64,000 nucleotides of DNA from an uncultured delta proteobacterium (GTDB lineage Bacteria > Myxococcota > Myxococcia > Myxococcales > Myxococcaceae): positions 32,001-96,000 of the forward strand of contig CAWCKH010000002.1 of the NCBI GenBank assembly GCA_963796055.1, in the 5' to 3' direction. The notes beneath the pieces were generated by a model. It was not told the DNA's origin. It searched no databases and was given only the letters and a program-made list of their open reading frames with translations. The stretch's first letter is position 1. Each line of letters begins with the position of its first letter. A program made the position numbers and the translations under genes. Of the stretch, positions 51,296-61,465 are shown one piece after another.

Positions 51296-53341
51296 TCAGA
51301 CCAGACCGAACGCGGCGACCACCAGGTCGACCAGCTTGATCCCGATGAAGGGGACGATGACTCCGCCCACGCCGTAGATGAGCAGGCTGCGCTTGAGCAG
51401 CGCCGCCGCCCCCACCGGGCGGTAACGCACGCCGCGGAGGGCGAGCGGGATGAGGGCGATGATGATCAGCGCGTTGAAGATGACCGCGGAGAGCACCGCC
51501 GAGTAGGGCGAGGCCAGCCGCATCACGTTCAGCGGGGCGATCTCCGGATACACCCCCACGAACAGCGCCGGGAGGATGGCGAAGTACTTGGCGACGTCGT
51601 TGGCGATGCTGAAGGTGGTGAGCGTCCCCCGGGTCATCAGGAGCTGCTTGCCGACCTCCACCACCTCCAGGAGCTTGGTGGGGTTGGAGTCGAGGTCCAC
51701 CATGTTCCCCGCCTCCTTCGCCGCCTGGGTGCCGGTGTTCATCGCCACCCCCACGTCGGCCTGGGCCAGTGCCGGGGCGTCGTTGGTGCCGTCTCCGGTC
51801 ATGGCCACCAGCTTGCCCTTGGCCTGCTCCTCGCGGATGAGGCGCATCTTGGCCTCGGGCGTGGCCTCGGCCAGGAAGTCGTCCACTCCCGCCTCGCGGG
51901 CGATCGCCGCGGCCGTCCGGGGGTTGTCGCCGGTGATCATCACCGTCCGGATGCCCATCGCCCGGAACCGGTCGAAGCGCTCCTTGATCCCGCCCTTCAC
52001 CACGTCCTTGAGGTGGATGATTCCCAGGATCCGTGCCCCCTCGGACACCGCGAGCGGGGTGCCGCCGCTGTCACCGATGCGGGAGGCGATCTGCAGCGCC
52101 TCCTCGGGAACCTTGCCCCCCAGGGACTCGATGTGACGGGCCACCGCGTCGACCGCGCCCTTGCGGATGATGCGGCTGCCCAGGTCCACCCCACTCATGC
52201 GGGTCTGGGCGCTGAAGGCGACGAAGTGCGCCTCCTGGTGACCGACCTCGCGGCCCCGGAGCCGGTAGCGCTCCTTGGCCAGGACCACGATGCTCCGACC
52301 CTCGGGGGTCTCGTCGGCCAGGCTGGAGAGCTGGGCTGCGTCGGCCAGGTCCTCGATCCGCACCCCGGCCAGGGGGAGGAACTCGGTGGCCATCCGGTTG
52401 CCAAGGGTGATGGTCCCGGTCTTGTCCAGGAGCAGCGTATCCACGTCCCCGGCCGCCTCCACCGCCCGTCCGCTGAGGGCGATGACGTTCTTGCGCAGCA
52501 GCCGATCCATCCCGGCGATGCCGATCGCCGAGAGCAGACCGCCGATGGTGGTGGGAATGAGGCAAACCAGAAGCGCCACCACCGCGGTGGTGGAGAGGTG
52601 GACCCCGCTGTAGACGGCCAGCGGCACCAGGCTCACGCAGGCGAAGAGGAACACCGCGGTGAGCCCCACCAGGAGGATGTGCAGGGCAATTTCGTTGGGC
52701 GTCCTCTGCCGGGCAGCACCCTCGACCAGGGAGATCATCCGGTCGAGGAAGGACTCGCCGGGGTTGGTGGTGATCCGGACCACGATCCGGTCGGAGAGCA
52801 CCCGCGTGCCTCCGGTCACCGCGCTCCGGTCTCCCCCGCTCTCCCGGATGACCGGGGCGGACTCGCCGGTGATCGCGCTCTCGTCCACCGAGGCGATGCC
52901 CTCGATGACCTCGCCGTCACCGGGGATGTACTGCCCGGCCTCCACCACCACCGTGTCACCCTTGCGCAGGGTGGAGGCGGTGACCTTCTGCTCCCGGCCG
53001 TCGACCAGCTTCCGGGCCTCGACGTCCTTGCGCATCTTTCGGAGCGACGCGGCCTGGGCCTTGCCGCGTCCCTCGGCCACCGCCTCGGCGAAGTTGGCGA
53101 AGATCACCGTGAACCAGAGCCAGATGGACACCAGCCCGGTGAACCACAGCGGCGCGGAGTGGTGTGCCGAACCGATGTCCCGGACGAACTGGATGGTGGT
53201 CAGCAGTGCCCCCACCTCCACCACGAACATCACCGGGTTCCGGATCACCTCCCGCGGAGACAGCTTGCGGAAGCTCTCCCAGATCGCCGGACGGACGATG
53301 GAGGGGTCGAAGAGCGACAGCTCTCGGGTCGTGGAAGCCAT
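51296..53341 (-). CDS. kdpB: K+-transporting ATPase B subunit
   Basis: [21 protein letters not shown]. Confidence 0.97.
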   Translation of the reverse strand: MASTTRELSLFDPSIVRPAIWESFRKLSPREVIRNPVMFVVEVGALLTTIQFVRDIGSAHHSAPLWFTGLVSIWLWFTVIFANFAEAVAEGRGKAQAASLRKMRKDVEARKLVDGREQKVTASTLRKGDTVVVEAGQYIPGDGEVIEGIASVDESAITGESAPVIRESGGDRSAVTGGTRVLSDRIVVRITTNPGESFLDRMISLVEGAARQRTPNEIALHILLVGLTAVFLFACVSLVPLAVYSGVHLSTTAVVALLVCLIPTTIGGLLSAIGIAGMDRLLRKNVIALSGRAVEAAGDVDTLLLDKTGTITLGNRMATEFLPLAGVRIEDLADAAQLSSLADETPEGRSIVVLAKERYRLRGREVGHQEAHFVAFSAQTRMSGVDLGSRIIRKGAVDAVARHIESLGGKVPEEALQIASRIGDSGGTPLAVSEGARILGIIHLKDVVKGGIKERFDRFRAMGIRTVMITGDNPRTAAAIAREAGVDDFLAEATPEAKMRLIREEQAKGKLVAMTGDGTNDAPALAQADVGVAMNTGTQAAKEAGNMVDLDSNPTKLLEVVEVGKQLLMTRGTLTTFSIANDVAKYFAILPALFVGVYPEIAPLNVMRLASPYSAVLSAVIFNALIIIALIPLALRGVRYRPVGAAALLKRSLLIYGVGGVIVPFIGIKLVDLVVAAFGLV

Positions 53342-53345
53342 GACG

Positions 53346-55067
53346 CTAGTAGACCTTTCCGGCCAGGCCGGCGAAGTGCTCGACGATGGGGCCCAGCGAC
53401 AGCGCAGGGAAGAAGGTCAGCGCGCCGACGATGAGGACCACCGAGACGAGGAGGAAGGTGAACAGCGGCCCGTTGGTGGGGAACGTGCCGGGCCCGGCGG
53501 GAACGACCTTCTTCCCCACCATTGCCCCGGCGATGCCCAGCGCGGGGATGATCATCAGGAACCGGCCTCCGAGCATCGTCAGGCCAAGCAAGGTGTTGTA
53601 CCAGGGGGTGTTGGCGTTCAGGCCAGCGAAGGCCGATCCGTTGTTCCCCGCGCCGCTGCTGAAGGCGTAGAGAATCTCGCTCAGGCCGTGGGGACCGGCG
53701 TTGTTCAGCGACGACGTCCCCCACTGGGTCACCGAGGCCCAGGCGCTGAACCCGAGGATGATCAAGGGGAAGATGAGGACGTAGAGCATCGCCAGCTTCA
53801 TCTCCCGGCTCTCGATCTTCTTTCCTAGATATTCGGGCGTGCGGCCCACCATCAGGCCGGCGATGAACACCGAGAGCACGACGAACACCAGCATCCCGTA
53901 GAGGCCGGCGCCGACCCCGCCGAAGATGACCTCTCCCAGCTGGATGTTCAGCAGGGGGATCAGCCCGCCCAGTGGGTTGAAGCTGTCGTGCATCGAGTTC
54001 ACCGCCCCGCACGAGGCGTCGGTGGTGATGGTGGCAAAGAGCGCCGAGGTGGAGGTTCCGAACCGCACCTCCTTGCCCTCCATGTTCCCCGAGCGATGGT
54101 CGAGCGCCAGCGAGGCCAGCGCCTGGTTGGGCTTGGCCTCGGCCCAGTGCGCCACCAGGGTTCCGCCGAGGAACATGACCCCCATGGCCGCGAGGATCGC
54201 CCACCCCTGCCGGGTGTCTCGGGCCATCCGGCCGTAGGTATAGGTCAGCCCCGCGGGGATGGCGAAGATGAGCCAGATCTCCACCAGGTTGGTGAAGGGG
54301 CTCGGGTTCTCGAAGGGGTGGGAGCTGTTGGCGTTGAAGAAGCCGCCGCCGTTGGTGCCCAGCTCCTTGATCGACTCCTGGGAGGCGACCGGGCCGAGCG
54401 CCACCACCTGCTTGGCGCCCTCGACGGTGGTGACCTCCTGGTAGGCGGAGAAGTTCTGGATCACCCCCTGGCTCGCCAGGACCAGGGCGAAGATCAGGCT
54501 CATCGGGAGGAGCACGTAGACCGTGCAGCGGATCAGGTCCGACCAGAAATTGCCGAGGGTCCGGGCCGCGCCAGGCGCCAGCCGACGGGTGAGCCCGCGG
54601 GCCAGAGCGATGGCGATGGCGATCCCCGCGGCGGCAGAGACGAAGTTGTGCCAGGCCAGCCCCGCCATCTGGGACAGGTAGCTCATCGTCGATTCGCCGC
54701 TGTACGCCTGCCAGTTGGTGTTGGTGGTGAAGCTGGCCGAGGTGTTGAAGGCCAGCGCCTGCTCCACCCCCCCGAACTTCTGCGGGTTGAGGGGCAAGAA
54801 GCCCTGGAGGCGAAGGATGCCGTAGGTCACCAGCACCCCGAAGAGGCTGAAGATCATCACCGAGCCGGCGTAGCGAACCCAGGTCTGCTCGTCCTTCGGG
54901 TCCACCCCGGAGAGCCGGAAGAGGAATCGCTCCACCGGGCCGAAGACGCGCGGCCAGGGCTGGCGGTCGCCCTCGAACACCCGGGCCATGTAGATGCCGA
55001 GCGGCTTGGTCGTGAGAAGGACCAGTCCTGAATACAGGGCCAGCTGGCCCCAGGCTGCAATGGTCAC
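53346..55067 (-). CDS. kdpA: K+-transporting ATPase A subunit
   Basis: [38 protein letters not shown]. Confidence 0.97.
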   Translation of the reverse strand: MTIAAWGQLALYSGLVLLTTKPLGIYMARVFEGDRQPWPRVFGPVERFLFRLSGVDPKDEQTWVRYAGSVMIFSLFGVLVTYGILRLQGFLPLNPQKFGGVEQALAFNTSASFTTNTNWQAYSGESTMSYLSQMAGLAWHNFVSAAAGIAIAIALARGLTRRLAPGAARTLGNFWSDLIRCTVYVLLPMSLIFALVLASQGVIQNFSAYQEVTTVEGAKQVVALGPVASQESIKELGTNGGGFFNANSSHPFENPSPFTNLVEIWLIFAIPAGLTYTYGRMARDTRQGWAILAAMGVMFLGGTLVAHWAEAKPNQALASLALDHRSGNMEGKEVRFGTSTSALFATITTDASCGAVNSMHDSFNPLGGLIPLLNIQLGEVIFGGVGAGLYGMLVFVVLSVFIAGLMVGRTPEYLGKKIESREMKLAMLYVLIFPLIILGFSAWASVTQWGTSSLNNAGPHGLSEILYAFSSGAGNNGSAFAGLNANTPWYNTLLGLTMLGGRFLMIIPALGIAGAMVGKKVVPAGPGTFPTNGPLFTFLLVSVVLIVGALTFFPALSLGPIVEHFAGLAGKVY

Positions 55068-55077
55068 GGGAATGCCC

Positions 55078-55167
55078 TCAGAAGCGTTCTGCGCGCACCA
55101 GCGCGTAGACGAGATAGACGGTCAGCAGCACCGCCACGATGCTGCCCAGGAGGTCGTCGAGGTTCAT
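55078..55167 (-). CDS. kdpF: K+-transporting ATPase F subunit (29 aa)
   Basis: Translated by hand: MNLDDLLGSIVAVLLTVYLVYALVRAERF; YLVYAL..ERF signature. Confidence 0.9.
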   Translation of the reverse strand: MNLDDLLGSIVAVLLTVYLVYALVRAERF

Positions 55168-55265
55168 TGGTGACGGTTCTCCATGAGATTTTCGCAGCCC
55201 TGGATGTACGCCAGGGCGACGACGAAGAAGACGACGGTCAGTGCGATGAAGATGAGATCAGCCAT
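55164..55265 (-). CDS. 33-aa hydrophobic peptide upstream of kdpF
   Basis: GGGAG RBS; MADLIFIALTVVFFVVALAYIQGCENLMENRHQ; ATGA overlap with kdpF. Confidence 0.75.
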   Translation of the reverse strand: MADLIFIALTVVFFVVALAYIQGCENLMENRHQ

Positions 55266-55279
55266 TCGTTCGGCTCTCC

Positions 55280-56368
55280 CTAGAAGGCGGCCACTGCGCC
55301 GAGGACGATCAGGCCCTGGCTCTGGACCTTGCCCAGGCTCCCGTCCGGGAGGACAGTGGAGTTGCTGAAGACAGAGGCGGTGGAGTGATCGTAACGGCCC
55401 TCGAGCTTGAGGATCAGGATGTCCCAGGGCCGGTATTCGACGGTGAGCGTGCCCTCGGTCAGCGTCTGGGGGGTTCCACTGATGAATCCCTGCGCGTCCC
55501 GGTAGTACTCGACGCGTAGCGCTGCGGCCCATTTTGGCGAGAGCTGCTGGCGAAGGTAGAGCCCTGCCCCGTGCCAGTAAGCAGCGTCCGTGGCCGGGCG
55601 CTGCTGCATGCCGGCATCGAGGCTCAGGCCGAGCTTGGTCGACTCGGTCACGTCGAGCAGCCAGAGCAGATTGCCGTAGTAGCGCCAGTCACCGTTGTCG
55701 TTGTCCAGCTCGGGGCCGATGAAGGTGTTGAAGGTCAAGGTGCTCGGGCCGGCCTTCCAGGCGACCTGGGTACCGATGGCCTTCCCGTTGTTGTTGTCCC
55801 CGATGCGCTGCCAGCCGTTCAGGAGGTGGAACTGCACCGACCAGGCGTCGTCGAAGGCGTACGAGAACTTGATCCCCGTCTGGTAGTACGGCGAAAACTC
55901 ACCGAGCCAGGAGCGGGTGTAGTTCCAGTTGCCCTGACTCGCCAGGCCCTCCATCCCGATGTGGCTGGGGTAGATGCCGCCTTCGATCACCAGCCCGCGA
56001 CCCACCGGGACCTTCGCCGACACCGACGCCTGCTGCACGTACTGCCAGACGTCGGGACCGGCGGCCGGTCCGACGAGCTCGCCGGAGTGCACCACGTTCG
56101 CTCCGGTGCCGGCGGCGACCCAGAGGTGGAAGCCGACGGGCTCGGGATCCTTCACCAGCTCGATGGAGGCGAGGTTCACGGACGCCTCGTTGGCTCGCTT
56201 GGCGCTGGTCCCGACGCCGGGAAACCAGTTGGCGTGGTCCGCAGGCCCGTTGGTGTTGACGTCGGCGTAGACGTCGACGGCGCCGTGGACCTGGATTCCC
56301 AGGGGAAGGTCGGCCCCGGCAGCCGGCAGCGCGGTCGCCAAGAGCAGCGTGGAGAGGGCGTTTCGCAT
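55280..56368 (-). CDS. outer-membrane beta-barrel porin (BBP2/OmpL-like), kdp-associated
   Basis: Signal peptide; NWNYTRS, PYYQTG, LEGRYDHS; terminal Phe. Confidence 0.82.
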   Translation of the reverse strand: MRNALSTLLLATALPAAGADLPLGIQVHGAVDVYADVNTNGPADHANWFPGVGTSAKRANEASVNLASIELVKDPEPVGFHLWVAAGTGANVVHSGELVGPAAGPDVWQYVQQASVSAKVPVGRGLVIEGGIYPSHIGMEGLASQGNWNYTRSWLGEFSPYYQTGIKFSYAFDDAWSVQFHLLNGWQRIGDNNNGKAIGTQVAWKAGPSTLTFNTFIGPELDNDNGDWRYYGNLLWLLDVTESTKLGLSLDAGMQQRPATDAAYWHGAGLYLRQQLSPKWAAALRVEYYRDAQGFISGTPQTLTEGTLTVEYRPWDILILKLEGRYDHSTASVFSNSTVLPDGSLGKVQSQGLIVLGAVAAF

Positions 56369-56385
56369 TTTGGCCGCCCTGGCTC

Positions 56386-56401
56386 AGCAGGAACCGAGCC
56401 A
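56386..56401 (-). promoter_or_regulatory. putative sigma54 promoter of the porin-kdp operon
   Basis: TGGCTCGGTTCCTGCT (GG-N10-GC) just upstream of the porin ATG. Confidence 0.55.
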
Positions 56402-56532
56402 TCCGACCGCCCCGGCCAGAACAGGGGCCATTGGCCTCGCGGGCCTGCATTTCGCAAGGCCGACGAGCGTCCACCCATGCAGGTTGCACGTGTCTCCCCC
56501 CGTCCTCCTGTTCGGTCACGCCGGGGCGATGG

Positions 56533-56547
56533 TGGCACGCATCGTGC
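56533..56547 (+). promoter_or_regulatory. putative sigma54 promoter of 56571..56909
   Basis: TGGCACGCATCGTGC (GG-N10-GC). Confidence 0.6.
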
Positions 56548-56570
56548 CCTGGTGAGTCCCTGATCGATCG

Positions 56571-56909
56571 ATGGGCAGCGGCTCCGACAGGTCTTCCGTC
56601 TTCACTGCACGCCGGGCACAGGAGTCCGTGCCCTGGCTGGTCCGGCTCCTCCTGCTGCTCGCGGTGGCGCTCGTGGTGGGGGTGTGGGGCTGGCTGCGGA
56701 ACGCCGACTCGCGGGCGCTGGCGAGCATGAACCCGGATCTCCGACGGGAGCTCTACGTCCGGAGCCGAGCCGAGGCGGAGGTGCTGTGCGCTCGGCCCGA
56801 GCTCGAGGACGAGTGCCGAGCCCGGGTCGAGTTCCTCTCACGCTTCCCCGAATGCGACACGAGCTGTCGCGAGCTGGTGGCGCATCAGCTTCGGCAGCCC
56901 ACCCGCTGA
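56571..56909 (+). CDS. small membrane-anchored protein with four Cys
   Basis: One TM, then LC...C...FPECDTSC. Confidence 0.65.
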   Translation: MGSGSDRSSVFTARRAQESVPWLVRLLLLLAVALVVGVWGWLRNADSRALASMNPDLRRELYVRSRAEAEVLCARPELEDECRARVEFLSRFPECDTSCRELVAHQLRQPTR

Positions 56910-56933
56910 CTGACTCCCGGACCACCGTGACGG

Positions 56934-58022
56934 TCAGCCCGGTCGCGGACCGACGTAGCGCGATTCGGGACGGATGAGCCGCCCGGTCCGGCGTTGCTCC
57001 TCGATGTGCGCCAGCCAGCCGACGACGCGCCCGCAGGCGAACAGCGGGCTGAACGCCTCGCGGGGGAGTCCGAGCGCGTCCAGCAGCACCGCGGTGTAGA
57101 ACTCCACGTTGGCCCGCAGCGGCCGGTCCGGGTAGCGGCGGCCGAGGACGTCCTCCGCGGCACGCTCCACCGCCCGCGCCAGCTCCAGCCGCGGGGTGCG
57201 GTGGCCCTCCTTCTCCAGGCGCTCCACCGCCCGCTCCAGCACCGCCGCCCGCGGATCGCGCGTCCGGTAGATGCGGTGCCCCATGCCCATGATCCGCCGG
57301 CCGGCGAGCAGCTCGCGCTCCAGCCACCCGGCCGCGGCCTCGGGCCGGCCGATGGCGTCGAGCATGTCCAGCACCGGCCCGGGGGCTCCGCCGTGCAGCG
57401 GTCCCTTCAGCGCACCCACTGCCCCCACCACCGCCGACACCGCGTCCGATCCAGTGGAGGCGATGACCCGCGCGGTGAAGGTGGAGGCGTTCATCCCGTG
57501 GTCACTGACCGTCACCAGATACGTCTCCAGCCCGGTGGCCCGATGGGTGGTGGCCTTGCCGCGGAGCATCGACACCAGGTCTTCGGCGTGCCCCGCCTCG
57601 GGATCGGGTGCCAGCGGGGCGAGCCCCTCCCGGCGGCGCCACCAGGCGGCAGTGAACACCGCGGTGGCCGCGGTGAGTCGGACGGCGACGTCCCAGCTGC
57701 TGCCCTCCGCGGGGAGCTGCGCCAGCGCACCCCGGAGCGCGTCCATCCCATCCGGCGCGAGAAGCGCACGGCCGAGCCACTCCATCTGCGCGAAGGCCCA
57801 CACCCGCTCGCGACCGAGGGCGCGGCGGAGCTCGGATGCCGGCGTCGCACCGGGAATGGCGCTCCAGAGCTCGCGGCACAGCTCCTCGAAGGAGGCCCGC
57901 CCGGCGAGCGCCTCGACGTCGTGGCCGGCGATCACCAGCCGGCCGCGCTCGCCGTCCACCTCGCTGAGGGAAGTATCCGCCACCACCACCCCCTCCAGCC
58001 CCGATGCCGCCGAGCCCGTCAT
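56934..58022 (-). CDS. citrate synthase / methylcitrate synthase
   Basis: GLEGVV, DHGMNASTF, GPLHGGA, MGMGHRIY, RDPRA, NVEFY; GGAGG RBS. Confidence 0.9.
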   Translation of the reverse strand: MTGSAASGLEGVVVADTSLSEVDGERGRLVIAGHDVEALAGRASFEELCRELWSAIPGATPASELRRALGRERVWAFAQMEWLGRALLAPDGMDALRGALAQLPAEGSSWDVAVRLTAATAVFTAAWWRRREGLAPLAPDPEAGHAEDLVSMLRGKATTHRATGLETYLVTVSDHGMNASTFTARVIASTGSDAVSAVVGAVGALKGPLHGGAPGPVLDMLDAIGRPEAAAGWLERELLAGRRIMGMGHRIYRTRDPRAAVLERAVERLEKEGHRTPRLELARAVERAAEDVLGRRYPDRPLRANVEFYTAVLLDALGLPREAFSPLFACGRVVGWLAHIEEQRRTGRLIRPESRYVGPRPG

Positions 58023-58061
58023 GTGCACCTCCGGTCCAACCTGTCCTAGCGTGGGTCTCAT

Positions 58062-59309
58062 ATGGATCCACCTGGATTCGACAATCCACATGAGGCCCTG
58101 GTGGACGCGCGCGAGGCCGCCCGCATCCTGAGGGTGAAAGTGGCCACGCTGTACTCTTACGCCAGCCGCCGATGGGTGCGCTCGTTCCCGTCCGGACGGC
58201 ACCGCGAGCGACGCTATCTCCGCGACGATCTGGAGCGGCTCCGGCACCGGGCGGACGCCCGGCTGGGCCACGAGGCGGTCGCGGCCGGCGCGCTCCGGTG
58301 GGGAGAGCCGGTCCTCAGCTCGGCGCTGACCGAGATCCGACCCGACGGTCCGTCGTACCGGGGACACCCGGCGGTGGAGCTCGCCCGCACCGCCCCCTTC
58401 GAGGCGGTGGCCGAGCTCCTCTGGACGGGCGTCCTCCCCGCGACCCGCCCGGTCTGGCGGCGCCCGCGGACCCTCCCCTCCGGACTCCCGCGCGGGCCGG
58501 TGGACCCCATCGACGCGCTCCTCTCCGGCCTGTCCGCCGTCCGGCTCGCCCGGCAACGCGCGCGGGCCAGGTGGGCCCGGGCAGCCGGGCCACGCTCCCG
58601 CCCCCTCGCCGCGACGGATTCCGGGGCCCCCGAGCTGGTGTGGACCCTGGTCGGGCTCGTGGCCGCCGCCACGGGACGCCGCCCCACCGACGCGCTCGCC
58701 GCGCCCGACGGGGCCTCCGGCGTCCAGCGGGCACTCGGGGCACCGGCCCGCGGGGCGCGCCTCATCGAGGCGACGCTGGTGGCCTGCGCCGACCACGAGC
58801 TCAACGCCTCCTCGTTCGCCGCCCGGGTCGCGGCCTCGACCGGCGCGGACATGGAGGCGTGCCTCCTCGCCGCCCTGGCAACGTTCAGCGGTCCTCGGCA
58901 TGGCGCCGAGAGCTTGCGGGTCCAGGCGGTGGTGTCCGAGGCCGACCGCCCCGAACGTGCCCGGGCCACCCTCCTCGCCCGGGTGCGGCGCGGGGAGGCG
59001 CTGCCCGGGTTCGGCCACCCGCTGTATCCCTCCGGCGATCCGCGGGGTGCCCTCCTCCTGGCGCTCGCCGCGCAGCAGCCGCGGCCCGGTCGAGCACTGG
59101 CCACCCTCGATGCGCTGGTGGCCGAAGCGGCGCGGCTCGGCCTCGGTGCGCCGACGGTCGACGTCGGGCTCCTCGCCGTCGCCCATGCGCTGCAGCTTCC
59201 GCCGTGGGCCGGGCAGGTGATGTTCTGCATCGGCCGCAGCGCCGGCTGGATCGCCCACGTCGCCGAGCAGCGGAGCTCGAGCGAGCTGCTGCGTCCTCGC
59301 GCCCGTTAG
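58062..59309 (+). CDS. HTH-citrate-synthase-like fusion protein
   Basis: AARILRVKVATLYSYASR HTH; DHELNASSF, GPRHG, PGFGHPLY. Start may be GTG 58101. Confidence 0.85.
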   Translation: MDPPGFDNPHEALVDAREAARILRVKVATLYSYASRRWVRSFPSGRHRERRYLRDDLERLRHRADARLGHEAVAAGALRWGEPVLSSALTEIRPDGPSYRGHPAVELARTAPFEAVAELLWTGVLPATRPVWRRPRTLPSGLPRGPVDPIDALLSGLSAVRLARQRARARWARAAGPRSRPLAATDSGAPELVWTLVGLVAAATGRRPTDALAAPDGASGVQRALGAPARGARLIEATLVACADHELNASSFAARVAASTGADMEACLLAALATFSGPRHGAESLRVQAVVSEADRPERARATLLARVRRGEALPGFGHPLYPSGDPRGALLLALAAQQPRPGRALATLDALVAEAARLGLGAPTVDVGLLAVAHALQLPPWAGQVMFCIGRSAGWIAHVAEQRSSSELLRPRAR

Positions 59310-59415
59310 GTGGGCCCACGCGCGCCAGAAGCGCGGTGAGACAGCAGAGATCGGTTGGGCTGGTCGCGAGGACCGATCAGCCCAGCCGATTTCTGCTGTA
59401 GGGTCGCCGCCGAAC

Positions 59416-60237
59416 ATGCGCACCCTCCAGGGAAAGACGCTCTTCATCACCGGCGGGAGCCGGGGCATCGGGCTCGCCATCGGCCTCCGGGCCGCGCGCG
59501 ACGGGGCCAACGTCGCCATCGCCGCCAAGACCACCGAGCCCCACCCGAAGCTGCCCGGCACGCTCTTCACCGCCGCCGAGGAGATCGAGAAGGCCGGTGG
59601 TCGGGGCCTTCCCTGCGTGGTGGACATCCGGTTCGAGGATCAGGTCCATGCTGCGGTGGAGCAGACGGTGAAGACCTTCGGGGGCATCGACATCCTGGTG
59701 AACAACGCCAGCGCCATCCACCTCTCGGGCACGCTGCAGACCCCGATGAAGAAGTGGGATCTCATGCACGGCATTAATGCACGAGGCACCTTCCTCTGCT
59801 CCCAGGCCTGCCTCCCGCATCTGAAGAAGGCGAAGAACCCGCACATCCTCAACAACTCTCCGCCGCTCAGCCTGGAGGCGCGCTGGTTCGCGCCCCACGT
59901 GGCCTACTCGCTGGCCAAGTTCGGGATGAGCTTCTGCGCCCTGGCGATGGCCGAGGAGTTCCGCGACGAGGGAATCGCGGTGAACACCCTCTGGCCGAAG
60001 ACCATCATCGCCACCGCCGCGGTGCAGAACCTTCTCGGGGGCGACGACACCGTTCGCGGAAGCCGCAAGCCGGAGATCATGGCCGACGCCGCCCACGCCA
60101 TCCTCACCCGCCCCAGCCGCGAGTTCACCGGCCACTTCTGCGTGGACGAGGACGTGCTCCGGACGGAGGGGGTGACCGACTTCTCGAAGTACTCCACCGT
60201 GCCCGGCGCCGAGCTGATTCCGGACTTCTTCCTCTAG
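59416..60237 (+). CDS. short-chain dehydrogenase (HSDL2-like)
   Basis: TGGSRGIG, AAKTTEPHPKLPGT, NNASA, YSLAK. Confidence 0.92.
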   Translation: MRTLQGKTLFITGGSRGIGLAIGLRAARDGANVAIAAKTTEPHPKLPGTLFTAAEEIEKAGGRGLPCVVDIRFEDQVHAAVEQTVKTFGGIDILVNNASAIHLSGTLQTPMKKWDLMHGINARGTFLCSQACLPHLKKAKNPHILNNSPPLSLEARWFAPHVAYSLAKFGMSFCALAMAEEFRDEGIAVNTLWPKTIIATAAVQNLLGGDDTVRGSRKPEIMADAAHAILTRPSREFTGHFCVDEDVLRTEGVTDFSKYSTVPGAELIPDFFL

Positions 60238-60247
60238 GGAGGCTCCC

Positions 60248-61465
60248 ATGGACTTCAGCACTCCGCCGCGCGTCGCCGATCTCCTCCCCGCCATCCACGC
60301 GTTCGTCGGCGAGCGGATCCAGCCGCTGGAGAAGCGCATGTCCGAGGGCTGGGCGGTGCTGGAGCCGGAGCTGGAGCGCATCCGCGGCGAGGTGAAGGCG
60401 CGCGGCTGGTGGGCGCCGCACTTCCACCGCGAGCACGGGGGGATGGGGCTGTCGCTGATGGAGTTCGCCTTCGTCAGCGAGGAGCTGGGCCGCACCCCGC
60501 TCGGCCACTACAGCTTCCACTGCCAGGCGCCGGACGTGGGGAACATGGAGATCCTCCACGAGTTCGGGACACCGGAGCAGAAGCGCACCTGGCTCGAGGC
60601 GCTCGCCACCGGGCGGATCCGCAGCTGCTTCTCCATGACCGAGCCTGGAATGCCGGGCTCGAACCCCGCCTGGATGGGGACCCGGGCGCGGCTCGAGGGC
60701 GACCGGTGGGTCATCGATGGGCGGAAGTGGTTCACCACCGCCGCCGAGGGCGCGGCCTTCGCCATCGTCATGGCGGTGACCGACCCCGAGGAGGCCAACG
60801 TCTACACCCGGGCGAGCCAGATCATCGTCCCCATGGACACCCCGGGCGTGCGGCTGGTCCGGAACATCCCGGTGATGGGCGAGGCGGGCGGAGGGTGGGC
60901 GTCGCACGGGGAGATCTCCTACGAGAACGTCCGGGTACCGGCGGCGAACCTCCTCGGTGAGCGCGGCGCGGGCTTCGTCATCGCCCAGGCCCGGCTCGGC
61001 CCGGGCCGCATCCACCACTGCATGCGGTGGATCGGCATCTGCCAGCGCGCCTTCGACCTGCTCTGTGACCGCGCCGTCGCCCGCGAGCTGTCCCCGGGGC
61101 GGCCGCTGGGCCTGAAGGGCACCATCCAGCAATGGATCGCCGAGAGCCGGGCGGAGATCGACGCTGCGCGGCTGCTGGTGCTCCACGCCGCGTGGCGCAT
61201 CGACCGGGACGGCGCCTACGCCGCCCGGGACGACATCTCGATGATCAAGTTCGTGGTGGCCAACACCCTCTTCCGGGTGCTCGACCGGGCCATCCAGGCC
61301 CACGGGGCGATGGGCATCACCGACGACACCCCGCTGGCCTGGTGGTTCCGGCACGAGCGCGGGGCGCGCATCTACGACGGCCCGGACGAGGTGCACCAGG
61401 CCTCGGTGGCCCGCCACATTCTCCGGGCGCACGGGCTGCCCGACCGGAGGGGCGGCGCAGGGTGA
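60248..61465 (+). CDS. acyl-CoA dehydrogenase (ACAD10/11, LvaC-like)
   Basis: APDVGNME, FSMTEP, GRKWF, RLGPGRIHHCMR, RIYDGPDEVH. Confidence 0.92.
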   Translation: MDFSTPPRVADLLPAIHAFVGERIQPLEKRMSEGWAVLEPELERIRGEVKARGWWAPHFHREHGGMGLSLMEFAFVSEELGRTPLGHYSFHCQAPDVGNMEILHEFGTPEQKRTWLEALATGRIRSCFSMTEPGMPGSNPAWMGTRARLEGDRWVIDGRKWFTTAAEGAAFAIVMAVTDPEEANVYTRASQIIVPMDTPGVRLVRNIPVMGEAGGGWASHGEISYENVRVPAANLLGERGAGFVIAQARLGPGRIHHCMRWIGICQRAFDLLCDRAVARELSPGRPLGLKGTIQQWIAESRAEIDAARLLVLHAAWRIDRDGAYAARDDISMIKFVVANTLFRVLDRAIQAHGAMGITDDTPLAWWFRHERGARIYDGPDEVHQASVARHILRAHGLPDRRGGAG

